Assembly (NCBI GenBank): GCA_964414795.1
Contig: CAYPWV010000001.1
Span: 5,221-69,220, forward strand
Reading direction: 5' to 3'
DNA length: 64,000 nucleotides
Source of the DNA: an uncultured Gammaproteobacteria bacterium
GTDB taxonomy: Bacteria; Patescibacteriota; Patescibacteriia; UBA9934
The position numbers and the translations under genes were made by a program. Below, piece by piece: positions 20,268 through 30,360 of the stretch. Positions within the stretch are counted from its first letter, which is position 1; the number at the start of each line of letters is the position of its first letter. Under the pieces are notes generated by a model. The model did not search any database and was not told the origin of the DNA. It worked only from the letters and a program-made list of their open reading frames with translations.

Positions 20268-20468
20268 AAGGAAAAGTTAGGAAGTTATTAGTTAGAAGCT
20301 TGAAGTGAAAGGTAGTTCCTTCGGGATAACAGACTACAGACAGCAAACGACAGATAAGAAATACCTGATTCTGATCACTTTCCCCATCTGCCGTCTGTAG
20401 TCTGCCGTCCTCACAAACAAAAACACCCTCCACTCACTTCAAACTACCGACTACAAACTTCAAACCCT
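20268..20468. repeat. Family C long palindromic element (full length)
   Basis: GAAGTGAAAGGTAGTTCC...GGAACTACC-like arms and GACAGCAAACGACAGA core. Lies between the divergent ctpA (starts 4 nt after the ctpA ATG) and PEGA genes. Confidence 0.75.
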
Positions 20469-20476
20469 TCCCTCCT

Positions 20477-21445
20477 ATGCTTCCCTACGCCATTCGCAAA
20501 GCTCTGTTCTTTCTTTTTGTAGGTATCTTCTTTGTTTCCGCACCTCTTGTGGTGCTGTATACGGCGGGATACCGATTCAATCGAGGAAATAACACGGTTT
20601 CACAAACGGGTACGCTCGCCATTGCAAGTACGCCAAAAGGAGCGGATATCGTCATCAACAATGAAATGCTTAACGACACCACACCAGCTGTTTTACAACG
20701 TCTTTCTCTGGGAACGCGCACTGTTCACATAGAGAAAGAGGGCTACCATACGTGGGAACGTACGGCGAATGTACAAAGCGGCGCAACAACGTATATCACC
20801 GCACCTCTTTTTCTTGATGAACTTCCCGTTCTTTTAGCACAGGGCGGAACGGATTGGGAACGCGCACAAACGGCGCACGCCGCAAAAATCACCGAACTTC
20901 CCGATACTATTCTCTTTACACCTTCATCCGCAGGCATTGAGGTGTATAAAACATCCCTTACCGGATCCACGTTCATCACCCTCCTTCAAAAGGATACCTA
21001 CACTCCCCTTGCAGCCGATCGCGAAAATCTTTTTGTAAAAAATAGTAAAGGCGAACTCTTTTTTATTGCACTCAGTTCGTCGCAAGCTGCGCAATCGCTG
21101 GGAAAAGATGCGGTTGCTTTTGCATGGGATGCGCACGAGCAGCTCTTTGCCTGGAGCGATGGCCTTGAGGTACATCTTTTTCATCCTGCTACTCGCATGC
21201 AAGAACTCATCACCCGTCAAAGCGATGCAATTACTGCGCTGACATTTGCGCATAGCGGCGAAAGCATTGTTCTTGCGTCCATCATGGGTCTTACGGGTAT
21301 TGATTTGCTTGCCTATACCGATGGACGCATGCAAACATCTCTCCTTTCGTTTGATGAACCAACAACGGTATGGTTTTCTGAAGACGGAAGCATTGCTTAT
21401 CTTGAAACGGCACAAAATCTTTCCTCGCTTGCAATCACGCCGTAA
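20477..21445 (+). CDS. PEGA domain-containing membrane-anchored protein
   Basis: N-terminal TM then PEGA-like segment (IASTPKGADIVINNEML...TVHIEKEGYHTWE). Confidence 0.65.
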   Translation: MLPYAIRKALFFLFVGIFFVSAPLVVLYTAGYRFNRGNNTVSQTGTLAIASTPKGADIVINNEMLNDTTPAVLQRLSLGTRTVHIEKEGYHTWERTANVQSGATTYITAPLFLDELPVLLAQGGTDWERAQTAHAAKITELPDTILFTPSSAGIEVYKTSLTGSTFITLLQKDTYTPLAADRENLFVKNSKGELFFIALSSSQAAQSLGKDAVAFAWDAHEQLFAWSDGLEVHLFHPATRMQELITRQSDAITALTFAHSGESIVLASIMGLTGIDLLAYTDGRMQTSLLSFDEPTTVWFSEDGSIAYLETAQNLSSLAITP

Positions 21446-22554
21446 TTACCATTGCACAATCTTTTTAAGAAGATAAAAATATCCTGCAAGAACCGGATTT
21501 ATTACATGAGTGAGTAGAGGATTTTCTACCTCTTGTGCGGCGATGATGCCCGTGACATCTTTTAAGATTTCCTGGTCAGAAACGGTTCTCATGCGCTGTA
21601 CCGTCTTCCTCCGCTCCACAATTTCATGCCAATGCTGGGAGATAAAAAAGTATTTCCATGCACGCAGCTTTTCCCTCCACCATCCTGAACGACATGCAAA
21701 AAGAAGCGTGCCGATTTCCATCACAAGAAATACGGGCAAGATGAGAAGCAACGTTCCCACTTTCAAATGCGTGAGGTGCGTGATAATACGATTACGCTCC
21801 ATCCAATAGAACTTCGTGATACTGCGAGAAAATTCGTAGTAGTGATAGACAACCGAGCTGTTGTCACACGCAATGTCGTATCCGCGCAACCGCGCACGCC
21901 ACGCGAGATCAAGGTCTTCGTGATACATAAAGTAGCCAGGATCGAATAGGCCCCCTATGTCCCCCAGCACCTTTGCACGAACCAGTAGTCCCGCACCAGA
22001 AGGGTAAAAACGCGGTACACCGCCTCGCAGTACCTCATCGCTTGCCCCAGCCTCATACACCTTGCGATGACCAATGGCATACCCAAACCCCAAAAAATGC
22101 ATAGCATTTCCGATGGTGTTCATCTTTTCGGGCTCTTGCCCAAGCATAATGCGCGACTGCACGAGTGCGGTTTTTGGATGAGCGTCTGCGTATGCAATGA
22201 TATTTGTTAAAAAGTCTGGCGTGAGTGACGTATCTTCATTCAGCAGGTAGAGATATTCTGGGTCGAATGATGCAGAAAAATGTTCATACGCATATGTATG
22301 CCCTCCCGAATATCCTCGATTCTTTTCGCTCTTATAAAAAATGATTTCGGTAAATCCTTTCTCTCTCAATACCGCGATTTTTTCATCTAAAAACGCATGC
22401 AAATTTCCCAACGCCGAAGGATGATCGCTGATAACAATAGCCACTCCTCCTTCGGGAATTTGCACATGAGAAAAACTCTCAAAAAACCTGTGGAGTTTTT
22501 CTTCAATATCCGCAGTGCGGTAAGTAAGAATTTGGATGACTACTTTTTTCGGCA
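21446..22554 (-). CDS. Family 2 glycosyltransferase (start trimmed to MPKKVVIQILTY)
   Basis: GT2 A-fold segments with DxD-like EDTS/YHEDLDLAWR motifs; 4-nt overlap arrangement with the upstream GT2. Confidence 0.65.
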
Positions 22555-23406
22555 TAAGAAAATATATCCATCCATACATGCTCCCGTAAACAGTGCCCAG
22601 GGCACAAAAAGCGCAAGGACGCAGGCTTGCCACAAGGGATGCCATTTTGCAAAAAAGCGTACCATACTCCTTGAAAAACGGAGTTGCCTTATAAAAACCG
22701 ATTGCTGAGAAAAGGTTCTTCCTACATAATCTTGCGCCGTAGCTTCGGCGCTGTACCAAATACCATAGCCCGCTTGCTTTGCACGCAAGCAATAATCCAC
22801 CTCTTCAAACCATACAAAAAAACGATCGCTATCAAACAATCCTACCTTCTCATACACCTCACGTCGAAAGGCAAAAAATGATCCACGTACCTGCTCAACT
22901 ATCTGGGATTTAGTGTAATCAATATCGAGTGCAAGGTATCGAGCGATAAGGTGAGGGAAAAATTTTGCAAGCTTAGTGATAGTTGCAAACTGATCGATGA
23001 AGTGAGGATCTCTGCGCACGGAAGGCATGGTTGATCCGTCTTGCTTAAGCAAATGAATACCCATGACACCAATGTCTTTTCGCAACTCAAGCGTATGCAC
23101 GGTGTGCGCAAGCGCGCCTGGGTGTACGAGCATGTCGGGATTAAGCAAAAGAATTATATCTCCGCTTGATATCTTCATACCCTGATTGCACGCGTATCCA
23201 AATCCGGTGTTGCGATTATTAGCAATACAACATACTTCAGGAAATTCTTTTTTGAGCATTGCCATGGTTCCATCATGTGAGCCGTTATCTACCACAAAAA
23301 TCTCATAGGAAACTTCATGCGCAAGAGAAAAAAGCCGCGTGAGATTTGCATGCAAAAGTTCGCGCACGTTCAAACTTACGATGATGATGGAGAGTTTTGG
23401 CTTCAT
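22540..23406 (-). CDS. Family 2 glycosyltransferase (rhamnosyltransferase-like)
   Basis: LSIIIVSLN...FVVDNGSHDGT...NRNTGFGYACNQG...LLNPDM are classical GT2 motifs. Confidence 0.8.
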   Translation of the reverse strand: MKPKLSIIIVSLNVRELLHANLTRLFSLAHEVSYEIFVVDNGSHDGTMAMLKKEFPEVCCIANNRNTGFGYACNQGMKISSGDIILLLNPDMLVHPGALAHTVHTLELRKDIGVMGIHLLKQDGSTMPSVRRDPHFIDQFATITKLAKFFPHLIARYLALDIDYTKSQIVEQVRGSFFAFRREVYEKVGLFDSDRFFVWFEEVDYCLRAKQAGYGIWYSAEATAQDYVGRTFSQQSVFIRQLRFSRSMVRFFAKWHPLWQACVLALFVPWALFTGACMDGYIFLCRKK

Positions 23407-24266
23407 ACGTGCGTGCGCGATAAAAACGCTTTCAACGCCTCATGTCGCGTACGAAGAGGAGGAAGCTTGGTATTGAGAAGAACCGCATGTGCGGGGCAAG
23501 GCGTGGGGCGAGGAAATACGCTCCGCGCAACAGGAATCAGCGGCGTAGAAATATGCGCCTCTACAAAAACTTCTTGCACAAATCCGTAGACGGTGACACC
23601 CGAACCGCTATTCACGACGTGATAAATACCTGGTGCTCTCTTCTGTTCAAGCAGTGAAATAATTTCCTCGGCAACATCTTCGGTAAACGTAGGACATCCC
23701 TCTTCTTCATCAACAACCTGAAGCTCTGGCTTTATTTTTGCAAGTCGCAGCATAAGCGCAACAACATCCTCTTTTGCGTTTTCGCTCAGCGCCTTTTCGC
23801 CAAATGTTTTTGATGTGCGCACAACATACCACTCTCCACCTTCTTCTGCGACCGCTTGCTCTCCTCTGAGCTTTGTTTTTCCATAGCGCGAAAGAGGGTT
23901 TGGCACGGCATCTTCGGTATATCCCTCTAAATTATCTCCCGCGAATACATAATCGGTGCTCACATGCACAAAGGGAAGAGAAAGTTCACGAGCAACACGC
24001 GCAAGAAAACCGGGAGCATCCCCATTCACACGCATCGCCGAAGCAAAGCGCGCATCGTCGGTTTCTATAAGATCGAGATGATTATCCGCAGTGCAGTTGA
24101 TGATTGCGTCGGGATGCTGTTCGTGCATCGCTTTGCGCACAGCGTCCTCATTCGTAACATCAAGCATACGAGAATCAAAAGCAAGCATGACATGACCACG
24201 ATACTCCCCTGCTCGCACCACATCCTTTCCGAGCATTCCCTTTGCTCCCAACACCGCAATCTTCAT
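23403..24266 (-). CDS. rfbD: dTDP-4-dehydrorhamnose reductase
   Basis: MKIAVLGAKGMLG Rossmann start, RmlD-like length and motifs (VHVSTDYVF...YGKTK). Confidence 0.8.
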   Translation of the reverse strand: MKIAVLGAKGMLGKDVVRAGEYRGHVMLAFDSRMLDVTNEDAVRKAMHEQHPDAIINCTADNHLDLIETDDARFASAMRVNGDAPGFLARVARELSLPFVHVSTDYVFAGDNLEGYTEDAVPNPLSRYGKTKLRGEQAVAEEGGEWYVVRTSKTFGEKALSENAKEDVVALMLRLAKIKPELQVVDEEEGCPTFTEDVAEEIISLLEQKRAPGIYHVVNSGSGVTVYGFVQEVFVEAHISTPLIPVARSVFPRPTPCPAHAVLLNTKLPPLRTRHEALKAFLSRTHV

Positions 24267-24270
24267 AGCG

Positions 24271-24807
24271 CTACCACGGAAGATCAAGCCCCTCAAAACG
24301 GGGTGCGGCTTCATCTTTTGCCGAAAGTGCAGGAACTAGAGGCCATGCAATGGCAAACGTGGGATCGTTCCATGCAATTGCACGATCGAGTTCTTTATTA
24401 AAAACAGACGAAGCTTTATAGAGCATCTCGCAATCTTCTAGTGCGTAAAATCCGTGGGCGCATCCCTCCGGAATATAGAGCATCTTTTTATTTTCGGCGG
24501 ATAATTCAATACCAAACCACTGCTTATACGTAGGAGAATTTTTACGCAAATCAACGGAAACATCCCACAAGCGTCCTTGGGTACAACGCACTAACTTCGC
24601 CATTGCATGGGGTGGTAATTGAAAATGCAAACCGCGCAACACCCCTTTTTTAGAAAAGGAATGATTGTCTTGCACAAAAACGGTGTGAATGCCTAACTCA
24701 GCAAATTTTTCCGCATTATACGATTCAAAAAAGAATCCGCGGTCATCGAGAAAAACATCGGGCTCAATAATCTTTAGCCCCTGGATTGAAGTGTCGACGC
24801 TTTGCAT
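24271..24807 (-). CDS. rfbC: dTDP-4-dehydrorhamnose 3,5-epimerase
   Basis: GLKIIEPDVFLDDRGFFFE...RGLHFQ...GFYALEDCE is the RmlC cupin signature. Confidence 0.85.
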   Translation of the reverse strand: MQSVDTSIQGLKIIEPDVFLDDRGFFFESYNAEKFAELGIHTVFVQDNHSFSKKGVLRGLHFQLPPHAMAKLVRCTQGRLWDVSVDLRKNSPTYKQWFGIELSAENKKMLYIPEGCAHGFYALEDCEMLYKASSVFNKELDRAIAWNDPTFAIAWPLVPALSAKDEAAPRFEGLDLPW

Positions 24808-24809
24808 AC

Positions 24810-25823
24810 TTAGATTCTTTTTGTTTGACCGAAATGTTCTTGATACCATTCCTTATAGTGCGCGCTTGCCTTAATAGGCTTCCACCACCATTCATTTTTT
24901 CGATACCACGTTACCATGTCGCGCAATCCTTCTTCAAACGTGGTAGATGGCTTCCATCCCAATTCTTGCTCTATTTTGTTAAAAGCAATGGCATATCGCT
25001 TATCTTGCCCAGGGCGATCGGGAAGGAATTCGAGCAATGATTCTTGGAGTCCCATGACCGAAAGAAGTGCCTTTGCAGTATCGAGAATAGTCATCTCTGC
25101 GTCCCCTCCCATCATGTATGTTTCTCCTATGCGTCCACGTTCAAGAATGGCAAGGATTCCTCGTGCGTGATCTCCTGCAAAAATCCAATCACGAACCTGA
25201 TGACCATCTCCATGAACAGGAATACCATCACCCGCTAACAAATTAGTGATCCAAATAGACAAAGCTTTTTCTGGATACAAGAATGCGCCGTAATTATTTG
25301 TGCAGTTAGAAATGGTTGCCTGCAAGCCATGCGTTTCAATCGCTGCACGCACCAAATGATCGGATGCGGCTTTGGTTGCACTGTACGGATTGCGAGGATT
25401 GTACGGCGTTATTTCTGAAAACTTTGGATCATTGGGCGAAAGTGATCCGAACACCTCATCGGTAGAGACATGGTGCAGGCGTTTTCCAAAACGCAAACAG
25501 GCATCAATCAGGCGCTGTGTTCCCAAGATGTTGGTGAGAATAAAAGGCTCAACGTCAACAATAGAACGGTCAACATGCGTCTCTGCCGCAAAGTGAGCAA
25601 CGGCATCAACCCCCGAAATTAAATGTTCCACGAGCTGCTTATCGGTAATGCTTCCATACACGAATTTATAGCGCGTATTTAACTGAAAATCTACGGTATT
25701 TACTAAATTCCCCGCGTAGGTAAGTGCGTCAAGATTTACCACTTCCCAATCGGGACGCTCGGCGATGATTGTACGAATAAAGTGCGATCCAATAAACCCG
25801 CAGCCTCCGGTTACCAAAATCTT
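24810..25823 (-). CDS. rfbB: dTDP-glucose 4,6-dehydratase
   Basis: MKILVTGGCGFIGSHF...YSATKAASDHL (YxxxK) SDR family, RmlB-like. Confidence 0.9.
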   Translation of the reverse strand, partial: KILVTGGCGFIGSHFIRTIIAERPDWEVVNLDALTYAGNLVNTVDFQLNTRYKFVYGSITDKQLVEHLISGVDAVAHFAAETHVDRSIVDVEPFILTNILGTQRLIDACLRFGKRLHHVSTDEVFGSLSPNDPKFSEITPYNPRNPYSATKAASDHLVRAAIETHGLQATISNCTNNYGAFLYPEKALSIWITNLLAGDGIPVHGDGHQVRDWIFAGDHARGILAILERGRIGETYMMGGDAEMTILDTAKALLSVMGLQESLLEFLPDRPGQDKRYAIAFNKIEQELGWKPSTTFEEGLRDMVTWYRKNEWWWKPIKASAHYKEWYQEHFGQTKRI

Positions 25824-25881
25824 CATAGTTTCTTTGAGGGTAACATACGCCCTAAAAAGGGACAACAGCAGGAAGCTCGCT

Positions 25882-26325
25882 CTAGTCAGCTAATTCCCGA
25901 TAAAAAATCCCGGCACGAATAGAGGCTAAAGCGCCTCTCACATTGGGAATGGTATTTTCGGGCAAAGCATCCCAGGAATACCACGCAATTTCATCACATT
26001 TTCCTGGCTCTTTATTCACGATCTCTCCCGTCCAGCTCGCACAAGAGTAGAAAAAGTCGATTCGTTCTCCATCGTTGCAATGCAGGCGATGCTGGACATG
26101 CACAAAGGTAAGATCTTGGGGGTTGATGATTATGCCAATTTCTTCCCGTGCCTCACGTGCCATAGCTTCAGTAAGCGACTGCCCGCCATCATGATGACCA
26201 GCGGGAACGCAATACCACCCATCGCGATATCCCGTATTTGCTCGACGCATCAACAAGATTTTATCTTCGCGCATAAGCATGAGATAAACCGCAGGGATTA
26301 CTTTAAAGCGTTCTTTGAGAAGCAT
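25882..26325 (-). CDS. NUDIX hydrolase
   Basis: Nudix box GHHDGGQSLTEAMAREAREEIGI. Confidence 0.7.
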   Translation of the reverse strand: MLLKERFKVIPAVYLMLMREDKILLMRRANTGYRDGWYCVPAGHHDGGQSLTEAMAREAREEIGIIINPQDLTFVHVQHRLHCNDGERIDFFYSCASWTGEIVNKEPGKCDEIAWYSWDALPENTIPNVRGALASIRAGIFYRELAD

Positions 26326-26399
26326 AGAAGTGAGGAGTTTGGCAGAAAGCTTCCTTATTCGTCCGATAGGTCCCTCCTATCGTCGGGATCTTACTCATC

Positions 26400-26804
26400 T
26401 TACATCGACAAAGAACGAATCTTTTCTACAATTATCGCGAGCTCTTCTTTGGAAGGATGTGTTTTTGTAAACGATCTGGTTTCGCCGTTTTTGCGAGGCA
26501 TGATGTGGACGTGGGTATGCATTACTTCTTGTCCGGCAGATTCGCCATGATTCATACCGAGATTATAGCCATCAGCGCAAACGGCTTGCATGATTTTTGG
26601 TGCGAGTACGTACACTGCACTTATCAGTTCTCGTGCGCTTTCGTCACTTCCTGCGGACAAATTTTCTGCATGTACTTTAGGAACAACAAGCGCGTGTCCT
26701 TCGCTCACCGGACCGATATCAAGAAATGCAATGACGTGATCGTTTTCAAAAATGATTTCAGAAGGAATTTCTTTGGCGATGATTTTACAGAATAAGCATT
26801 GCAT
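26400..26804 (-). CDS. HIT-family (histidine triad) nucleotide hydrolase
   Basis: HTHVHIMPR histidine triad; 134 aa. Confidence 0.8.
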   Translation of the reverse strand: MQCLFCKIIAKEIPSEIIFENDHVIAFLDIGPVSEGHALVVPKVHAENLSAGSDESARELISAVYVLAPKIMQAVCADGYNLGMNHGESAGQEVMHTHVHIMPRKNGETRSFTKTHPSKEELAIIVEKIRSLSM

Positions 26805-26807
26805 ATT

Positions 26808-27113
26808 TTACGACTGCTCAAGAATAATCCTCTTTTCAAAACCTCCCCGTTCGGCTTTCTTATGTTGCTTCTTTTCTAAAAGATTTTCAAATGTATCACC
26901 CGCAAGAAGGCCGAGTGCCTCAACAACTTCAAGAATATCCGCCAATTCATCAGACGATCCGCTTTTTCTATACTCATCCCATTCTTCCAAAAACTTCTCC
27001 CGCAACTTTTCGCGATATTCATCTTCGGTCGCAATGTGAAAGAGACACTCTTCGCCCTTTGCGATAATGCGATCAGGCATGTTGTCGCGCACCAGTTTAT
27101 TGTAGATGTTCAT
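26808..27113 (-). CDS. MazG-like nucleoside triphosphate pyrophosphohydrolase (small, all-alpha)
   Basis: 101 aa with an EEWDEY...SSDELADILEVVEAL motif pattern typical of the MazG/PRA-PH-like fold. Confidence 0.55.
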   Translation of the reverse strand: MNIYNKLVRDNMPDRIIAKGEECLFHIATEDEYREKLREKFLEEWDEYRKSGSSDELADILEVVEALGLLAGDTFENLLEKKQHKKAERGGFEKRIILEQS

Positions 27114-27118
27114 AGAGC

Positions 27119-27778
27119 TTACGGTAGTTTACTAAGTTCATCGCGCCTACGATGCAATTCTGCGTAGTCTTCTTCACGCCTTACAATGTTCCGAAGCTTT
27201 TTCAGCATATCGTCAGTGACTTGATTACGCGTGTAATACGTCTTGATCGTCTCTCCTGTGTCGAGATCGAAACGAGAGTCATACGTGTAATATTCCTCTA
27301 GACTATTTCGTCTCCCTCCTGCTGCTTCAAAACGCGCAACAAGTTTATCGTACATTACACGTCGTGTCGCGGTGTACACATCGGTATTTTCTTGCGACTG
27401 AACGTAAGCGACTTCTTCTTTACTCACACGAACATCACGAAACTCTTCACCAATCTTTTTGGCACGTCGTTCTTTAATCATCGCCACATCATGCGAGTGC
27501 TGAGCGATATCTTGTGCTTCTTCTCGCTGACGAATTTCTTGCAATACTGCACTTCTCGCTTCGGCATCAAGCGTCTTATGCTTTATACGTGCGTCGATAA
27601 CCATACAAGCCTGTAAAATATCCCTCTCCCCATCACTATGATAAGGGTTGGAATCTTTAGTACGTGGCAAAACGGCGGTAATATATTCAGGAGGAATTGA
27701 TCCCTTGATGACTACTTTTCCGTCCGTACGACCAGTAAGCGCATCAATTTTTGACGAAGGCACATCGAGAACCATCAC
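27119..27778 (-). CDS. Hypothetical protein (219 aa, charged, no recognised domain); GTG start overlapping the upstream stop (GTGA)
   Basis: Translationally coupled to the 73-aa ORF upstream. Confidence 0.45.
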   Translation of the reverse strand: MMVLDVPSSKIDALTGRTDGKVVIKGSIPPEYITAVLPRTKDSNPYHSDGERDILQACMVIDARIKHKTLDAEARSAVLQEIRQREEAQDIAQHSHDVAMIKERRAKKIGEEFRDVRVSKEEVAYVQSQENTDVYTATRRVMYDKLVARFEAAGGRRNSLEEYYTYDSRFDLDTGETIKTYYTRNQVTDDMLKKLRNIVRREEDYAELHRRRDELSKLP

Positions 27779-27996
27779 TTCTGCGGTTCCAAAATCCGCA
27801 GTTTGTTTTGCGTTTGTCGTTGCGGGAATAATGGAAGAAAAGATTCATTCTCAGGAACGGCAATGATCTCAGTGTCGATGCCATGCTCCGCAAGCATGTT
27901 ATGTAGTTGCTCATCGAGAGAACGCTCTCGATGATCATCTTCCCTATCTACCGTCCGTCGTCTGCCATCTTTTTCTTGCTCTTGAGAATCACTCAT
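27775..27996 (-). CDS. Small charged hypothetical protein (73 aa)
   Basis: In operon. Contains a short family-C-like motif (CCGTCCGTCGTCTGCC) in-frame. Confidence 0.35.
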   Translation of the reverse strand: MSDSQEQEKDGRRRTVDREDDHRERSLDEQLHNMLAEHGIDTEIIAVPENESFLPLFPQRQTQNKLRILEPQK

Positions 27997-28207
27997 ACTT
28001 TTTCAAAAATACGTACTCGATCAAAAGCAAACATCCCGGAATAAGAACCAACACCGGAAACGGAAACACATACGAAACAAATCCCGAATGTCGCCATTCA
28101 AAAAACGCGAATACGAAAAATGCGATGAACCAAGTGATGAAATGACGATGGATGTTTTTCACAGATTTAATATCCTGATGCTGTTTTCTGTTTCTTAAAT
28201 TCTTCAA
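27989..28207 (-). CDS. Small membrane protein (72 aa, 2 TM)
   Basis: Hydrophobic helices; overlaps neighbours by 8 and 41 nt. Confidence 0.35.
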   Translation of the reverse strand: MKNLRNRKQHQDIKSVKNIHRHFITWFIAFFVFAFFEWRHSGFVSYVFPFPVLVLIPGCLLLIEYVFLKKYE

Positions 28208-29681
28208 TTAAATCAGGGTAAGCCTCCATGCGGCGTTCAAAATTCTGAAGTTTATCAATGGGTATCTTTTGTCCACGAAACTTATTTTCCAGCTGTACAA
28301 AAAACATGTGCATATATTTGGGGATGTGCTCACGGATCATTAACTCACCTTGCTTTTTTATCCCCTCTCCATACTCAGGAAGAACCATTTTACTTATATC
28401 AAGAAAGATACGACGTTCATTATCAATCGTTTGTTGAAATTCTCTGGGATTGAAGAAGATATTAAAAATATCGCTCTGAATCACCTCTCTCCTTGCGACC
28501 CAATCATTAAGAAATGATCTTATTGATGCGGTGAAGAAATGAACAAGCTTTTTCTCGACATCAAGAGGATCTTGCTCTGAATATTCCGCCGCCCTAAAAA
28601 ACTTTTCTTTATATTTATTAAAATCTTCTCGAAGGAGATGAAAAATAGTTTCTGGTGTACTCGACGAAAAAGCAGTTTTTATAAAGAGATTAAAATGTAC
28701 AAAAGTTGGCCTGCTCCAGGCTTGATATTGACGCATCTTTACTTCTTTTGTTGAGCTCTTCTTCACGATTTCTTCAAACGTTATGCGAGAAAGAAGGTCT
28801 TTATATTCCTCAGGAATTATGCTTTTCCGTTGCTCAAACTCATCCTTATGTTCCCGAATAATATCCTCGCCGGAACGACTGTTGCTTAGAGCGTTATAAA
28901 ACAATACATATGACAAATGATCCTCGAATTTAGTAAACCATGCCTCAGCACCTTCCTTGATACATCTACCTATTCCCTTTTCATATGCATCACGTAATTT
29001 TTTAACATCAGAATACGTGGGTACGAATGCGATATTTCTCTCAAATTTAGCACGTGCATCTGCTATTTTTTTATTCATCTCTTCTAGAGAATTCGTTGCA
29101 CCAATATCAAATTCTCCAGCAAACTTTCCTTCTAGTCCGTCACGAACCCAAAATTCCAAACAATACTCTTGTAAAGAACATAATTTTTCTTCAAATAAAG
29201 ATTGATATTTACGTGCCTGATCAGGCGTGGCTTTTTTTAATTTTTCACTCAACTCGAAACGCTTTTCTCTACACAGCGCATGCCAAGAACTAACATCAAA
29301 ATTACCCGAAAGAACATCCAAAAACTTAAAAGAAAAATAGGAGGGAAATGTAAACTCTTTCTCAATCCATTCCAAAATTCGTTTTTCTAAAAACTCTGCC
29401 TCTTTTTTTTCACTCTCTGCTAAAGCGTCATATCGCTTCCTCTTTTCAGGTTTAGAGAGTATCTCCCACGCAGCAAGAATGGCAAGTGTCGCTCGCTCTC
29501 CGTGTTCAGTTTTATCTCTATCTTGATGGAACTTTCTAATGAGCTTACGAAAAGCTCTTTGGATTTCTTCATAAGATGCATCCTCTTGAACTCCTAAAAC
29601 TTGGTAAAAATTTCTGCCCTCCAGCGGATCAAATTCTTTTTCTTTAAGTCCTCTATATTTCTCTAATGCAAAGCTGTCCAT
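28167..29681 (-). CDS. J-domain protein with a non-canonical HQD in place of HPD (504 aa), AT-rich
   Basis: NFYQVLGVQEDASYEEIQRAFRKLIRKFHQDRDK...KRKRYDA J-domain signature at the N-terminus. The rest has no recognised domain. Confidence 0.55.
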   Translation of the reverse strand: MDSFALEKYRGLKEKEFDPLEGRNFYQVLGVQEDASYEEIQRAFRKLIRKFHQDRDKTEHGERATLAILAAWEILSKPEKRKRYDALAESEKKEAEFLEKRILEWIEKEFTFPSYFSFKFLDVLSGNFDVSSWHALCREKRFELSEKLKKATPDQARKYQSLFEEKLCSLQEYCLEFWVRDGLEGKFAGEFDIGATNSLEEMNKKIADARAKFERNIAFVPTYSDVKKLRDAYEKGIGRCIKEGAEAWFTKFEDHLSYVLFYNALSNSRSGEDIIREHKDEFEQRKSIIPEEYKDLLSRITFEEIVKKSSTKEVKMRQYQAWSRPTFVHFNLFIKTAFSSSTPETIFHLLREDFNKYKEKFFRAAEYSEQDPLDVEKKLVHFFTASIRSFLNDWVARREVIQSDIFNIFFNPREFQQTIDNERRIFLDISKMVLPEYGEGIKKQGELMIREHIPKYMHMFFVQLENKFRGQKIPIDKLQNFERRMEAYPDLIEEFKKQKTASGY

Positions 29682-29748
29682 AGGTGTTTATTACGTAATA
29701 ATTTTTTTCTTTTTCATAACATCCCACCCCCTAGCCCCAACACCCTCC

Positions 29749-30360
29749 CTACAATCTCCTCTCCCATAATCCTTTCACAAACCATTTTACCTCACCCATA
29801 ACAGACGTTGTGCGTATAAATGTTATGTCAACCGCATGAATGATGGGCTTTTCGGATATATCTTCGACTCCTGGAAGCGATAAAATGAGTTTATAAGCTC
29901 CGTTTTCTTTTTGCACGTTATCTAAAGAGAATGATGCTGTGCCGGATGTCCATTGATCGCTTTCCTGTTGAGAAGTAAGCGGTGAAAGAGTAAAGGTTTG
30001 TTGTGTGAAATTTTGCATTAAGCCGAGTTCGAATTTTTCTTGATCGTGCAGGTCGTAAGCGACGCTCACGTGCATCTCTTGCCACAGGCCCGCAGGAGGG
30101 ACTATCGACATGTACAACGGTTCGTCGATCGCCGTTATGCATGTGCCGCGATCATCAGCACAAGATGCCGTACGATTATCAGGAAGAGGTCGACCGATGA
30201 GCACTGAGTTCTCCCCTGCTTTCCAAGAAATAGTTTTTTCGCCCGATGGTGCGAGATAGATCCACGTGAGGATAGAAAATAATAAGACGGGAAGCGCTAT
30301 GGGAAGGAGCCAGGGAATAATAAGATGACGATCTTCTCTTTTATTCTCGGGTAATTGCAT
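29749..30360 (-). CDS. Membrane-anchored hypothetical protein (203 aa)
   Basis: Single N-terminal TM, then a soluble domain; overlaps the upstream GT-C gene by 20 nt. Confidence 0.4.
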   Translation of the reverse strand: MQLPENKREDRHLIIPWLLPIALPVLLFSILTWIYLAPSGEKTISWKAGENSVLIGRPLPDNRTASCADDRGTCITAIDEPLYMSIVPPAGLWQEMHVSVAYDLHDQEKFELGLMQNFTQQTFTLSPLTSQQESDQWTSGTASFSLDNVQKENGAYKLILSLPGVEDISEKPIIHAVDITFIRTTSVMGEVKWFVKGLWERRL

